From assembly GCF_006345805.1 (NCBI RefSeq), contig NC_043020.1, forward strand, positions 6,944,001 through 7,008,000: 64,000 nucleotides of DNA, given 5' to 3'. The DNA comes from Octopus sinensis (taxonomy: Eukaryota). Both the position numbers and the translations under genes were made by a program. Shown here piece after piece: positions 39,913 through 51,690 of the stretch (the stretch's first letter is position 1; each line of letters begins with the position of its first letter). The notes beneath the pieces were generated by a model. It was given only the letters and a program-made list of their open reading frames with translations, did no database searches and was not told the origin of the DNA.

Positions 39913-40550
39913 CACATGGCTCAGTGGTTAGAGTGCTGAGCTCACAATCATGAGGTAGAGAGTTCGATTCCCGGACTGGGCTGTGTGTTGTGTTCTTGAG
40001 CAAGACACTTTATTTCACATTGCTCCAGTTCACTCAGCTGTAGAAATGAGTTGTGATGTCACAGGTGCCAAGCTGTCTTGGCCCCTTTGCCTTTCCCTAG
40101 GATAACACTGGTGGCGTGGAGATGGGAGGCCAGTATGCATGGGCGACTGCTGGTCTTCCATAAACAACCTTGCTTAGACCTGTGCCTCGGAGGGTAACTT
40201 TCTAGGTGCAATCCCATGGTCATTTATGACCGAAGGGGGTCTTTACTCTTACACACACGAGTTTTGATTCCTAGATTGGGCTCTGTGTTGTATTCTTGAG
40301 CAAGACACTTTATTTCATGTTGCTCCAGTTCACTCAGCTGTAGAAATGAGTTGTGATGTCACTGGTGCCAAGTTGTATCGGCCCCTTTGCCTTTCCCTTT
40401 GATAACATTGGTGGCATGGAGAGGGGGAGGCTGGTATGCATGGGTGACTGCTGGTCTTCCATTAACAACCTTGCTTAAGACCTGTGCTTTGGCAGGTAAC
40501 TTTCTAGGTGCAATCCCAGGATCATTCATGACTGAAAGGGTGTCTTTACT
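39913..40550 (+). mobile_element. Two tandem copies of tRNA-headed SINE family C (minus-strand fragments at about 19295-19690)
   Basis: TGGCTCAGTGG A box and GAGTTCGATTCC B box, then ttgagcaagacactttatttcac.ttgctccagttcactcagctgtagaaatgag. The second unit starts at about 40258. Confidence 0.85.
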
Positions 40551-40579
40551 CTTTTATTGCAGTGATTTTAGAGAAAAAC

Positions 40580-41085
40580 TGTATATACAAGGGATCAGAT
40601 GTGCAAGAAAGAAGACTGCACTGGTATGGTCATGTAATGTGCATGAAGAATGACAATTACATCAAAAGGTGCCAATATTTAACTGTGTAGGGAACATGTG
40701 AAAGGGGAAGACCCAGAAAGACGTGGGACGAAATGGTGAGAAAGGATCTTCAGACGTTGGGGCCTCACAGAGGGGATGACAGAGGACAGATTCCTGGCAG
40801 TTTGCTGTGCTTGAAAAGACCTGTCAAGCTAAATGTGGTTGCCTACATCCCTCTCCAGCCGAGCAGACCTAATCTTACGGGCTTGTGGGTGTTGGTGTCA
40901 CATAAACGTACCCATGCCAGCGCTGCATAAATGCACCCAGTACACTGATTGGCATTAGGAAGGGCATCCAGTGGTAGAAACAATACCAAAACCGACAATG
41001 GGGCCTGGGCAGCTCTTTAGCTGACCAACTCCTGTTAAACCATCCAACCCATGCCTGCATGGAAAAGCAGGTGTTAAATGATGAT
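40580..41085 (+). mobile_element. RTE-clade LINE 3' end (ORF remnant plus 3' UTR)
   Basis: Fragments LHWYGHVM, GTCERGRPRKTWDEMVRKDLQTLG and WQFAVLEKTCQAK*. Followed by the ggcattaggaagggcatccag...ccaacccatgc...tgatgat tail also seen alone elsewhere. Confidence 0.8.
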
Positions 41086-41337
41086 TACACATATTATACA
41101 TATATTACAAAATTATCACAGCTTTAATAAAAAGTATATTGCTCTACCTTTGGTATTCGAGTACTATTATTTCCACCTTGTTTGGCACTTATGTGTGTGT
41201 ATGTAATGTACAATATATGGATTTATATGACGAAAGACCAAGAACTCTGGAGATATGCTGTGACTGCGAAGACCCGACAAATTACGTGAGTTCATGGCTG
41301 TTTCCTGCACCAGCTTCACATAGAAGCCCCAGCCCAT

Positions 41338-41376
<39 letters not shown>

Positions 41377-41833
41377 TGCATTGACAAAAGTCTGCAATTA
41401 AACACAACCAGTGAAAGTGTTGCTATGCAAACAAGCAATATCTGTGTTATCAAAAGGGCCAGACCCCTCCATACCTTTTCCACAACAAAGGGGTTAATAA
41501 GGACCAATGTGCTTCCATAATTGATCCCTAAAGGTTAATTAACAGTTATAGACTTGACTAGTAATGCTCCCTGCCCCCTTTGTCCTTAAATACCTTAACT
41601 TTAGATTAGGGGGACAAAGCATATTGCTTGCCTTCGGCAATGATTTTTAGGGTTCATAACGACTAATGCTAGCAAGGCTTTATGGACGATAGGGAAAGAA
41701 AGAATAAAGCAGTCTGGGGTCCAGCGCCCCTCTGCAGTACCTTGAGCAAGTTCCTCTGTTATAGCAGCCCTTGGCTGACCAGAGTCTTGTGAGTGGATGT
41801 GGAAGACGGAAACTGAAAACCCATCGTGTGTGT

Positions 41834-41874
<41 letters not shown>

Positions 41875-41994
41875 CCTTGTTTTGACAACATAGAGGAAAG
41901 TGGGTCCTCATATCTTGTCATAACTCAGGTGTTTTGGTGGGTGACAGTTGTTTCACACATCTGCTATTTATGTACTTATGTGTTTATTCACTTT

Positions 41995-42196
41995 ACTCTT
42001 TTACTTGTTTCAGTCATTTGACTGTGGCCCATGCTGGAGCACCACCTTTTGTCGAGCAAATCGACCCCAGGACTTATTCTTTTGTAAGCCCAGTACTTAT
42101 TCTATCGGTCTCTTTTGCTGAACCGCTAAGTGACGGGGACGTAAACACACCAGCATCGGTTGTCAAGCAATGCTAGGGGGACAAACACAGACACAA

Positions 42197-42255
<59 letters not shown>

Positions 42256-42800
42256 TACGACGGGCTTCTTTCAGTTTCCGTCTACCAAGTCCACTCACAA
42301 GGCATTGGTCGGCCCAGGGCTATAGTAGAAGACACTTGCCCAAGGTGCCACGCAGTGGGACTGAACCCGGAACCATGTGGTTGGTTAGCAAGCTACTTAC
42401 CACACAGCCACTCCTGCGCTTATATTCTTTATTCTTTTTCTTTTACTTGTTTCAGTTATTTGACTGTGGCCAGGCTGGAGCACCACCTTTAGTCGAGCAA
42501 ATCGACCCAGGACTTATTCTATCGGTCTCTTTTTGCTAAGTTACGGGAACGTAAACACACCAGCATCGGTTATCAAACGATGTTGGGGGGGACAAACACA
42601 GACACACAAACACACGCACGCATATATATACATATATACGACGGGCTTCTTTCAGTTTCCGTCTACCAAATCCACTCACAAGGCTTTGGTCAGCCCGAGG
42701 CTATAGTAGAAGACACTTGCCCAAGGTGCCACGCAGTGGGAATGAACCCGGAACCATGTGGTTGGTAAACAAGCTCCTTAACACACAGCCACTCCACTTA
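41995..42800 (-). mobile_element. Two consecutive SINE family A copies (41995-42419, 42437-42800)
   Basis: Reverse-complement units of the consensus. Confidence 0.9.
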
Positions 42801-42829
42801 TATAAGCTTTCCTTCCTTCCTTCCTTTCG

Positions 42830-44620
42830 AAAATACTACAGTGGGATGTCAAGGGAGATTTAGCTGCTATTTCTAGCAAGTCGAACCAACAACGTGGAGA
42901 CGGCCTTCTCTTTCGCATCCTATCTCGTTTCAGATGGGTGACAAACGAGGTTATTTCCAGTGTTGTTTGTATAATTATGCCATTACTCATTTGCATAGCA
43001 TAAGTCTTCCACCATTTCCTTTAAAAGCACTACAGTGAAATTTGAGGGAGACTTAGCTGCTATTTCTAACCACATAGACAACCTTCCTTTTCTCTGCCTC
43101 ATCATATCTCAGTTATTTTAGACGAATGACAAATGAAATCTGAGAAAGATTTAGCTGCTATTTCGACCAGGTTGAATAACAGTGCAGAAGGGAGAAGCCC
43201 TCTCACTCATCACAGTCATTATTTAAAAGGGTGGATGACAAACAGGGCTATTCACACCACAGCAATTTATGTTTCCATGTGGTTATTCAACCATGCAGCC
43301 TTCCCTCTTTCTTTCTAAAACACTAGTGTGATTCGAGGGAGATTTAGCTGCTATTTTTAGCAAACTGAACCCTCCCTCTTTGAGCTCTCTTTGCTCCATT
43401 TCATCTCAGTTATTTCATCGGGGTCACTAACGAGTTTATTTACTGTAATTTATGTAATTTATGCTACTGTAATTTATGTGCCAAATGGGTATTCAGGCAT
43501 GTAACCTCTCATTCCTTTTTGAAAACACTGCAGGAGTGGCTGTGTGGTAAGTAGCTTGCTAACCAACCACATGGTTGCGGGTTCAGTCCCACTGCGTGGC
43601 ATCTTGGGCAAGTGTCTTCTGCTATAGCCCCGGGCCGACCAATGCCTTGTGAGTGGATTTGGTAGACGGAAACTGAAAGAAGCCCGTCGTATATATGTAT
43701 ATATATATATATGCGTGTGTGTGTTTGTCCCCCCTAGCATTGCTTGACAACCGATGCTGGTGTGTTTACGTCCCCGTCACTTAGCGGTTTGGCAAAAAGA
43801 GACCGATAGAATAAGTACTAAAGGTGGTGCTCCAGCATGGCCGCAGTCAAATGACTGAAACAAGTAAAAGAGTAAAAGAGAAAAGAGAGGGGGACATTCA
43901 AGGGACATTTAACTGTTATTTCTAACAATTTGACCCCCTTTTTAACATCAGTGCTCCATTATTTCAATAGGTGACAAAGTTATGTCCCACAGCTATTATT
44001 TGTGAACCGATATAGTTAGCCTTAAAAACACTGCAGTTGGATTTGAGGAAGAATTAGCTGTTATTTCTAATAAGCTGAATAACAAACACAGAGGGAAGAG
44101 GCTATCTTTTTCATCACAATTCACTTATTTTGGTGGGTGACAAATGAGGTTATTTCACATCACTATTTCTGTACCTACAGCCGTCCATTCTTTTAAAACA
44201 TTACAGTGAAGTGACAGACATTTAGCTGCTATTTCTAACAAGTTGAACAACACAGCAAGGGAGAAAAGCCCTCATCACATTTCAGCTGTTTTGGCGGGTG
44301 ATAAAAGGGATTATTTCGCACTGCTATCATTTAGGTACCTACAACCTTCTATTCTTTTAAAGTACTACAGCAATAGGAGGGAGATTTAGCTGTTATTTTT
44401 ACAAAGTTTAACAGTAATACGAGAGAGATTCAGCTGCTATTTCTAGCAAGTTGAACGACAACAGATGGAAGAGGCTCTGCCCCAACAGTAATACGAGAGA
44501 GATTCAGCTGCTATTTCTAGCAAGTTGAACGACAACAGATGGAAGAGGCTCTGCCCCCTCATCACCAACCAGTTCAGCTATTTCGGTGGGTGACAAACGA
44601 GGTTATTTCACACTCCGGCT
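42830..44620. repeat. Degenerate tandem array, about 10 units of 75-200 bp
   Basis: Core gagatttagctgctatttcta recurs; an exact 74-bp duplication lies at 44410/44484. Confidence 0.8.
43531..43880 (+). mobile_element. SINE family A copy interrupting a degenerate tandem array
   Basis: Colinear with the consensus, with an internal deletion. Confidence 0.9.
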
Positions 44621-45109
44621 ATTTACGTTCCTTGGCTGTTAAGGCCAAACAGAGACACAACCCATCACCCCTCGCTCCCACCCTGCCTAAACTAAATTAT
44701 ACATGTTTGATATCACCTCCGAGGCTCCTCCCCCGCTCTAATTATCCCCACGCGTTATCGAATTATCGCTGTATCTTTTATTGATTCTAAACCGGATTAT
44801 ATTATCTTAGCAATGGGTCGCTTTTCGCCCGTTCGTTTGTTTTTATTCGCTTGGTTTATTTGTTTTCGCTTCGATATTCTTTGCTGGTTTATGTTTAGTT
44901 GCTGACAGCAAATATTGCCCTAATAAATTACTATACTGGCAGAATGAATTACACACACACATTTTAGGTATTAGGAACAGTAGGGGAAACTGTGTGTGTG
45001 TGTGTGCGTTTGTATATATACATACACACACACGTACATGCATTTTTAGTGTGGAGTAAATTATTTTGAAAGTGCACACACATAAAAACATGTCAGTGTG
45101 CAGTATATT

Positions 45110-45130
45110 ATATTATATGTGTGTGTGTGT

Positions 45131-45173
<43 letters not shown>

Positions 45174-45286
45174 TATACACATTTATTTATGTTTATATAT
45201 AGATATATTTATTTATATATGTTTATATATATATACACATACATTTATGCATGTTTAAAAATATATATATATATTTATACATGTTT

Positions 45287-45324
<38 letters not shown>

Positions 45325-45544
45325 CATTTATACATGTTTATATACACATATACACACAAACATTTTTAATACAAAGAAAATAATGATACTCAGTACATAA
45401 ATACAGAGTTAATAATAATAATAACAGTGGAACAACCAGGTGTATATATATGTATCATGTACACACACATGTATGTATGCATCTGTATATATACATAAAT
45501 TCATGTATGTCTCTCTCTGTCATATATATATATATTTGTATGTA

Positions 45545-45619
<75 letters not shown>

Positions 45620-45785
45620 GTATATATTATATATATATATTAATATGTATGTGTGTATATATACATATATATTAATGTGTATGTATACATATATATATAC
45701 ACAAACACAGACAGCAACACGTTTGTACACTGTTCATCTAATGCTGAACCACTTCAAAAGATTTGAAAAATTCCACACACACACA

Positions 45786-45861
<76 letters not shown>

Positions 45862-46159
45862 TATATATATATATACACACACACATATATATATACACAC
45901 AAACACATAAGAGAGTGCATGTGATATCTGAAATTGTAATTATTTCAAAATTATGAAAAGCAAAATCAAATTTATAGCTAAAAACACACACACAGAAGTT
46001 ACACCCCAACCATGCCAAACCCTTCAGTAAATTACAAGTCCCAGTGAAGTGTGCTTATTATTGTGATTTATGGATTAGCGGCAGCAGAAGCAATGGTGAT
46101 AGTTGTGTGTGTGTGTGTGTGCATGAGCATGTGTGTGTGTGTGCATGAGCATGTATGCA

Positions 46160-46196
<37 letters not shown>

Positions 46197-46740
46197 TAAT
46201 AGATATTACTGGTGTTGTGGTTCTCTATTTACATACAACTGGCACTTTAATCATTGTTTTTCAATTACTACCCTATCTATATCTATGTCTGTCACTATCA
46301 TTCTATCTATCTATCTATCTACTTACCTACCTACCTATCTTTATCTATCTGTCTATCTATCTAACTGTCTATCTTTATCTATCTATCTATATTTGTCACT
46401 ATCATTCTATCTACCTATCTATCTATCTCTGTCATTATCATTCTGTCTATCTACTTACCTATCTATATCTATCTATCTATCTATGTCTGTCACTATCATT
46501 CTGTCTATCTATCTATCTATCTACTTACCTATCTATATCTATCACTTCAATTCTGTCTGTCTCTTTTTCTGTCATCCTACCTATCCATTTAGCTACCTAT
46601 CTATCTACCTCTGTATTTATCCATCCATCTGCCCGGCCAACCATTTATGTGTATGTCTATCCTGCTCTCAGCCAGCTATCTACATCTATATAGATATCTA
46701 TCTACTCACCCACCACTCTATCTATCTATATCTGTCCTTC
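45110..46740. repeat. Compound (TA/TG)n and (TATC)n microsatellites
   Basis: Direct reading of the sequence. Confidence 0.93.
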
Positions 46741-47173
46741 CCTGTATCTATTGGCAGAACCATTACAGTAATAGACAAAATGACACTACAGTATCAGCTC
46801 CAGCTCCCTACATTCCAGGTTCAAATCCTAGCAAAATCAATAAAATTAAATACCAAACACACATTTTTGCCAGTACCGCCTGACTGGCCCTCGTGCCGGT
46901 GGCACGTAAAAGCACCCACTACACTCACAGAGTGGTTGGTGTTAGGAAGGGCATCCAGCTGTAGAAATCATGCCAAATCAGAATGGAGTCTGGTGCAGCC
47001 ATCTGGTTCGCCAGACCTCAATCAAATCGCCCAACCCATGCCAGCATGGAAAGCAGACGTTAAACAATGATGAGTTCAGTCCCACCGTGAGGCACCTTGG
47101 ACAAGTGTCTTCTACAGCCTCAGGCCAACCAAAACCTTGTGAGTGAATTTGGTAGATGGAAATTAAAAGAACC

Positions 47174-47214
<41 letters not shown>

Positions 47215-47338
47215 TTAACAATTGAGGAATGGCCTTAATAGGCCATTCGACCCACTAGAAAGAGCAGCCAGGACTCAAACCGCCAAGTAGTAGTAATTCA
47301 GAAATTAGAGAAAATTTAAAAACATTTACCCTAAATCA

Positions 47339-47437
47339 TCTTCAGACAATGCATTGTTTCGGTGTTTTTAATGGCAAACCAGCTTAATTAAATTAAATTA
47401 AGTCAATCCACCAAAGGCTACACCTCGTCGGTAAAGA
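47339..47437 (-). ncRNA. Type I hammerhead ribozyme motif (U4C core variant) on the sense strand of the last PPP2R3 intron
   Basis: TCTTTA-CCGACGA-GGTGT...ACACC-GAAAC-AATGCATT-GTC-TGAAGA: all three stems can pair. Confidence 0.62.
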
Positions 47438-47984
47438 GGCCAGGAGAGACGGATATACATGAGGCATCTGTATCTATGCCCTAGGAATATCTGCCCTAAA
47501 ATTTTCAAAACCATCGTACTCGCGCCAACTTATATTTATTTATATATATTTATGCGTGTTTGTCCCTGCATCAGCACTTGATAATCGGTGCCGATATGTT
47601 TACATCCCCAACAATACGTACTAGGTTTTAATGAGTCCTGGGCATCTATTTGTTCGACTAAAAACCCTTCAAGCTGTTACCCCAGCATGGCCACAGTCAA
47701 ATTACTGAAAGCAGTAAAAGAATACAATGATATATACACTCACACATGGACACACAGTATGTGGGTTATGGGGTCCAATGGTTGTCAGTAGGTTCACGGT
47801 TGAGACCGAGTGCAACAGACACCAGGAAACAAACCAAATCATTACAGAGCACCTCCGCCCAAGCCCACCCCAACTTAACTGTTACCAAAAATGTACAATA
47901 GAACATGATGATGATGAGGAGGAGGGGGGGAAGGAAGCTAGCCATGTGGTGAGGAAGGTGGCTAGGCAGGCAGATGTGTATATA

Positions 47985-48025
<41 letters not shown>

Positions 48026-48586
48026 GTAATAGTGTATAAACAATTTACATATTTACACACGAAAGAGGTGACCTTTGACAGGACACCTTACATGCTAGAA
48101 AGGGCAGTCACAGACCAAACCATGAATAAGAGCAATTTCAAAGGGAATGAAAATAATAAGTATTTTTGTGGTTACCCTCAAACGAGTTTCTGTATCAAAG
48201 TGCAAATAAATGAATTTGCCATCTGCACTTCTTCAGAGAAGGTGCATAAATTAATGCATTATGTGTGTGTGTATTTATTATATATGCGCCCTTTCCAAGC
48301 CTAGTCAGGCTCATGGGCCCGGTTTCCCAGTTTCTGTGGCGTATGTGTTCCCCACCAGCTGGACGGGACGCCAGTCCATCGCAGCGTTACTCAAGAAACA
48401 GGAAGAAAGAGTGAGAGAAAGTTGGGGCAAAAGAGTACAACAGGGGTCGCCAATACCCTTTGCCGGAGCCTCATGGAGCTTTAGGTGTTTTCGCTCAATA
48501 AACACTCACAACGCCCGGTCTGGGAATCGAAATCGCGATCTTCTGACTGCGAGTCCGCTGCCCTAACCACTGGGCCATTGTGCCTC

Positions 48587-48625
<39 letters not shown>

Positions 48626-49919
48626 TGTAAAAAATACAAACTGGGACAAGAACGCAAAACATTTAGAAGACGATACAAAAACACGGACGGGACATTCGAA
48701 GCCTTCAATCTTCAGTCAAGAACCGAATCATCCTCGCAATTTCAGCTGATATATATATGTATATATACATACGAGTCTGCCGTGATGATTCAAAAAACTA
48801 ACACAGACAAACTACCTAAGGGTATATTTCTTTCTCCCTCTGAAAAGATTAAGCTCAGAAATATGATTTTAATAGTTATTTAACTTCACTAAGCTTAACT
48901 GAAACAGCTGCAAGGAATAATGATCGATTTTATGCTGATAATAAACTCTTACTAACCTCTTGCATGATTATAAACCATGGTTTATATATAAACCAATTAT
49001 TTTAAGGATATTAACCTCCCAACAAAAGCATAGGTATTGACCCAGTATTTCCTTGGATGATGTCATCCCTTCAGGAAGCTAATATAACCTCTATTTGAAT
49101 TATATATATACACTCTCAGGGACAAGTGTGGTTTTGTAGTTAAGAAACTCGCTTCCCAACCATATGTTTTCTGGTTCAGTCCCACTGCGTACCACCTTGG
49201 GCAATTGTCTTCTGCTACAGCCCTGGCCACCCAAAACCATGTGAGTGAATTTGGTATATGGAAACTGAAAGAAGCCTGCTATGTGTCTGTGCATGTGTGT
49301 GTAATTTTATATTGATAATATGTGATGATTGTAAACAAGCTTCACCATCACAAAAGTGGGATTGTTTGTTTCCAGTCTTGCATGAAAAACGTGTCTGGTC
49401 GTGAGAAAATGTAACCTTGTTTTGCTTGGAAACAGGTGAAGGTTGGTGACAGGAAGAACATCAAGCTGCAGAAAATTTGCCTCAACAAATTCTGCCCGAC
49501 CCATGCTAGCATGGAAAAGTGGACATCAGATGATGATGATGTATATTATGTGTGTGTAGGTGTGTGTAGTTGATATCATAATAAATGAACCATACCAGGC
49601 CATGTGAAAAGTACCCAGTCCACTCAGTAAAGTGGTTGGCATTAGCAACGTCATCCAGCCATAGCAACCAAGCCAAAACAGACAACCAGAGCCTGTCTGG
49701 CCAGCTCCTGTCAAACTGCCCAACCCCATGCTCGGAATTCAACCGCTGCCAAAGTCAACCTTGAAGCTGGACAAAACGCCACGAAGCATTTTGCCCAGCA
49801 TGTTAACAATTCTGCCAGCTTGCCACCAAAATAGTAATAATAATGAGCACTCAGACCTCTGCCAAGCAACACCAACATCCTATCAGCGATCAGCCAGAGA
49901 TGATTTTTAAAATGAGAAT

Positions 49920-50210
49920 ATCTGAAGTAAACTCAACTGCTCTCACAAATGGGAATACTAAAAATGAACCCAACCACTATCTCAAAAATTAAGTAAAAAA
50001 AAAAAAACAGGAAAAATAATCCAGAAACCTAATCTGGTATCAGATTAATCCCAAAATCTAATCAGTTCGTGCTAGTCCCAGAGCCAAACATCCCTGAAAG
50101 TTTCATCTGAATCCATCCAGTGGTTCTTGAGATATCTTGTACATGGACAAACAAGCAAACGGAAATTAAAACAATACTTCTGCCTTCGCTAAAGCAGAGA
50201 TAATAATAAT
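49920..50210 (+). mobile_element. Possible non-autonomous Helitron/Helentron-like element end
   Basis: aaagtttcatctgaatccatccagtggttcttgagatatc...acaatacttctgccttcgctaaagcagagataat, with a subterminal hairpin. Family assignment is from recalled resemblance only. Confidence 0.3.
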
Positions 50211-50302
50211 ACAGTTTTTCTAAATCAGTGACTGTGGTTGCTGGGAAAAACATTAAATAGATATTTGCAAACAGGTCTCCTTAATCGAAAACCAGTGTTT
50301 AC

Positions 50303-50347
50303 CATACGTTGACGAGAGGCAAAAACCTCGAAACTATAGTCCGTATG
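50303..50347 (+). ncRNA. Minimal type I hammerhead ribozyme motif (C3U core variant)
   Basis: CATACG-TTGACGA-GAGG-caaaaa-CCTC-GAAAC-TATA-GTC-CGTATG: 6-bp stem I, 4-bp stem II, palindromic stem III and a GUC cleavage triplet. Confidence 0.75.
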
Positions 50348-51060
50348 TATCACTTAGGTTTTCGAGAGGGGATGACCTCCCTTTGCAAATACCATAAGGG
50401 CACAGAAAGTGTGTCTAAAGCTAGCTGGAGACGACGATCTCCTGGGGCTAAAAGCTTCAGTAACACCCACCCCCAGTGGCTAGCCATATTCAGATGGCTA
50501 GTACACTTTACGTTAAATAATAATAATGTTTAAGAAAATATTATTATGGAGTTAGGATAGACAGAAGAGACCGTCTGGATTAAAATTAGCTTATAATAGT
50601 GAGTGTTATGGAGAAAATTAGCTTAAGAGTGACTCCACTTTGAATATAAAAAATAGGGCAAATTTTCTGAGAAATTTTATTGGGAAAAAATGTATCTTAT
50701 ATGCAATCAATTATGGTAAGAAAAAAAAGATAGCCTAATATTTTCACACACAACACGTACACAGAACGTGAGAAAGTGTAAAAGAATAACAGACTGGTGC
50801 CAAATATTGTACATTGTTTGAAAGGTTGAGATTTCATAACAGACACAGAATCACTGGAAACCGGATTTCTCACGCAAGGACTTTTGACACTTCCATGTCA
50901 AAACATCTCAAACTTGATATTTTGGTGTCACCCTGTTCCACCACCAATCCCCCCCCCCCTCTGCCCACTCTTTCTCATCCTGAAACTTTTGCTGTGGGAG
51001 ATGATAGTGTTGGTGGCAGTAGTAGTAGTAGTAACAACAGGAAACGGACAAAATGCCACT

Positions 51061-51115
<55 letters not shown>

Positions 51116-51409
51116 TGGGGGGTGCCTAAAAATTCTTGGCTTTAAGAATATTGTAAAAGGCCTTTCTAGTAAAGGCACAAATCCAGAAATTTGGTGTGGG
51201 GGGGGGGACTAGTTGATTACATTGACTGGTACTTAATTTATTGACCCCAAAAGGATGAAAGGCAAAGTGAGGACGGAATGATAGTAGTGGTGTAAATGAT
51301 GATGGCAGTGGTGATCCGAGGGACATGGTTGTAGTACTGGTGGTAATTCCAGTTCAACTCTGCAGCAGGATTTGGCGCCTTGCCATGCCTCCAGATAGAG
51401 TCAGAAGTG

Positions 51410-51690
51410 ATTGTCAGGGAATTTCTACAACTTCACCAGCCCCAACTTCTGGGCCCCTAATTCTTCTAATTGTAATCCCATGGCTTACTCTGTGTGAGGT
51501 GCATTTAAGAAACACACACCCAACTGTTTGACCTGCAACATCAAAGCCAATCTGGTGGCCAAGATCAAAGAGAGATTTTTAAAATCTTCCCAGGTACAAT
51601 AGTGATGAATGCATGTCCCAGGTTCCAGAACCATCCCGAAGCCGTGGTGGAAGCCGAGGGCAACAACTTTGAGTAAATCACAAACTCCCA
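51410..51690 (+). mobile_element. maT/DD37D-like transposase C-terminal remnant
   Basis: FWAPNSSNCNPMAYSV*G resembles WPPNSPDxNPLDYxVWG. ACPRFQNHPEAVVEAEGNNFE* resembles the ACxRFRxRLEAVxxAxG C-terminus. Confidence 0.65.

Noticed and set aside
39913-39985. tRNA genes at SINE heads (also 53477-53400, 53505-53570 and the family A/B heads)
   Set aside because: A and B boxes are present, but there is no complete cloverleaf or Pol III terminator and each runs into a repeated non-tRNA body.
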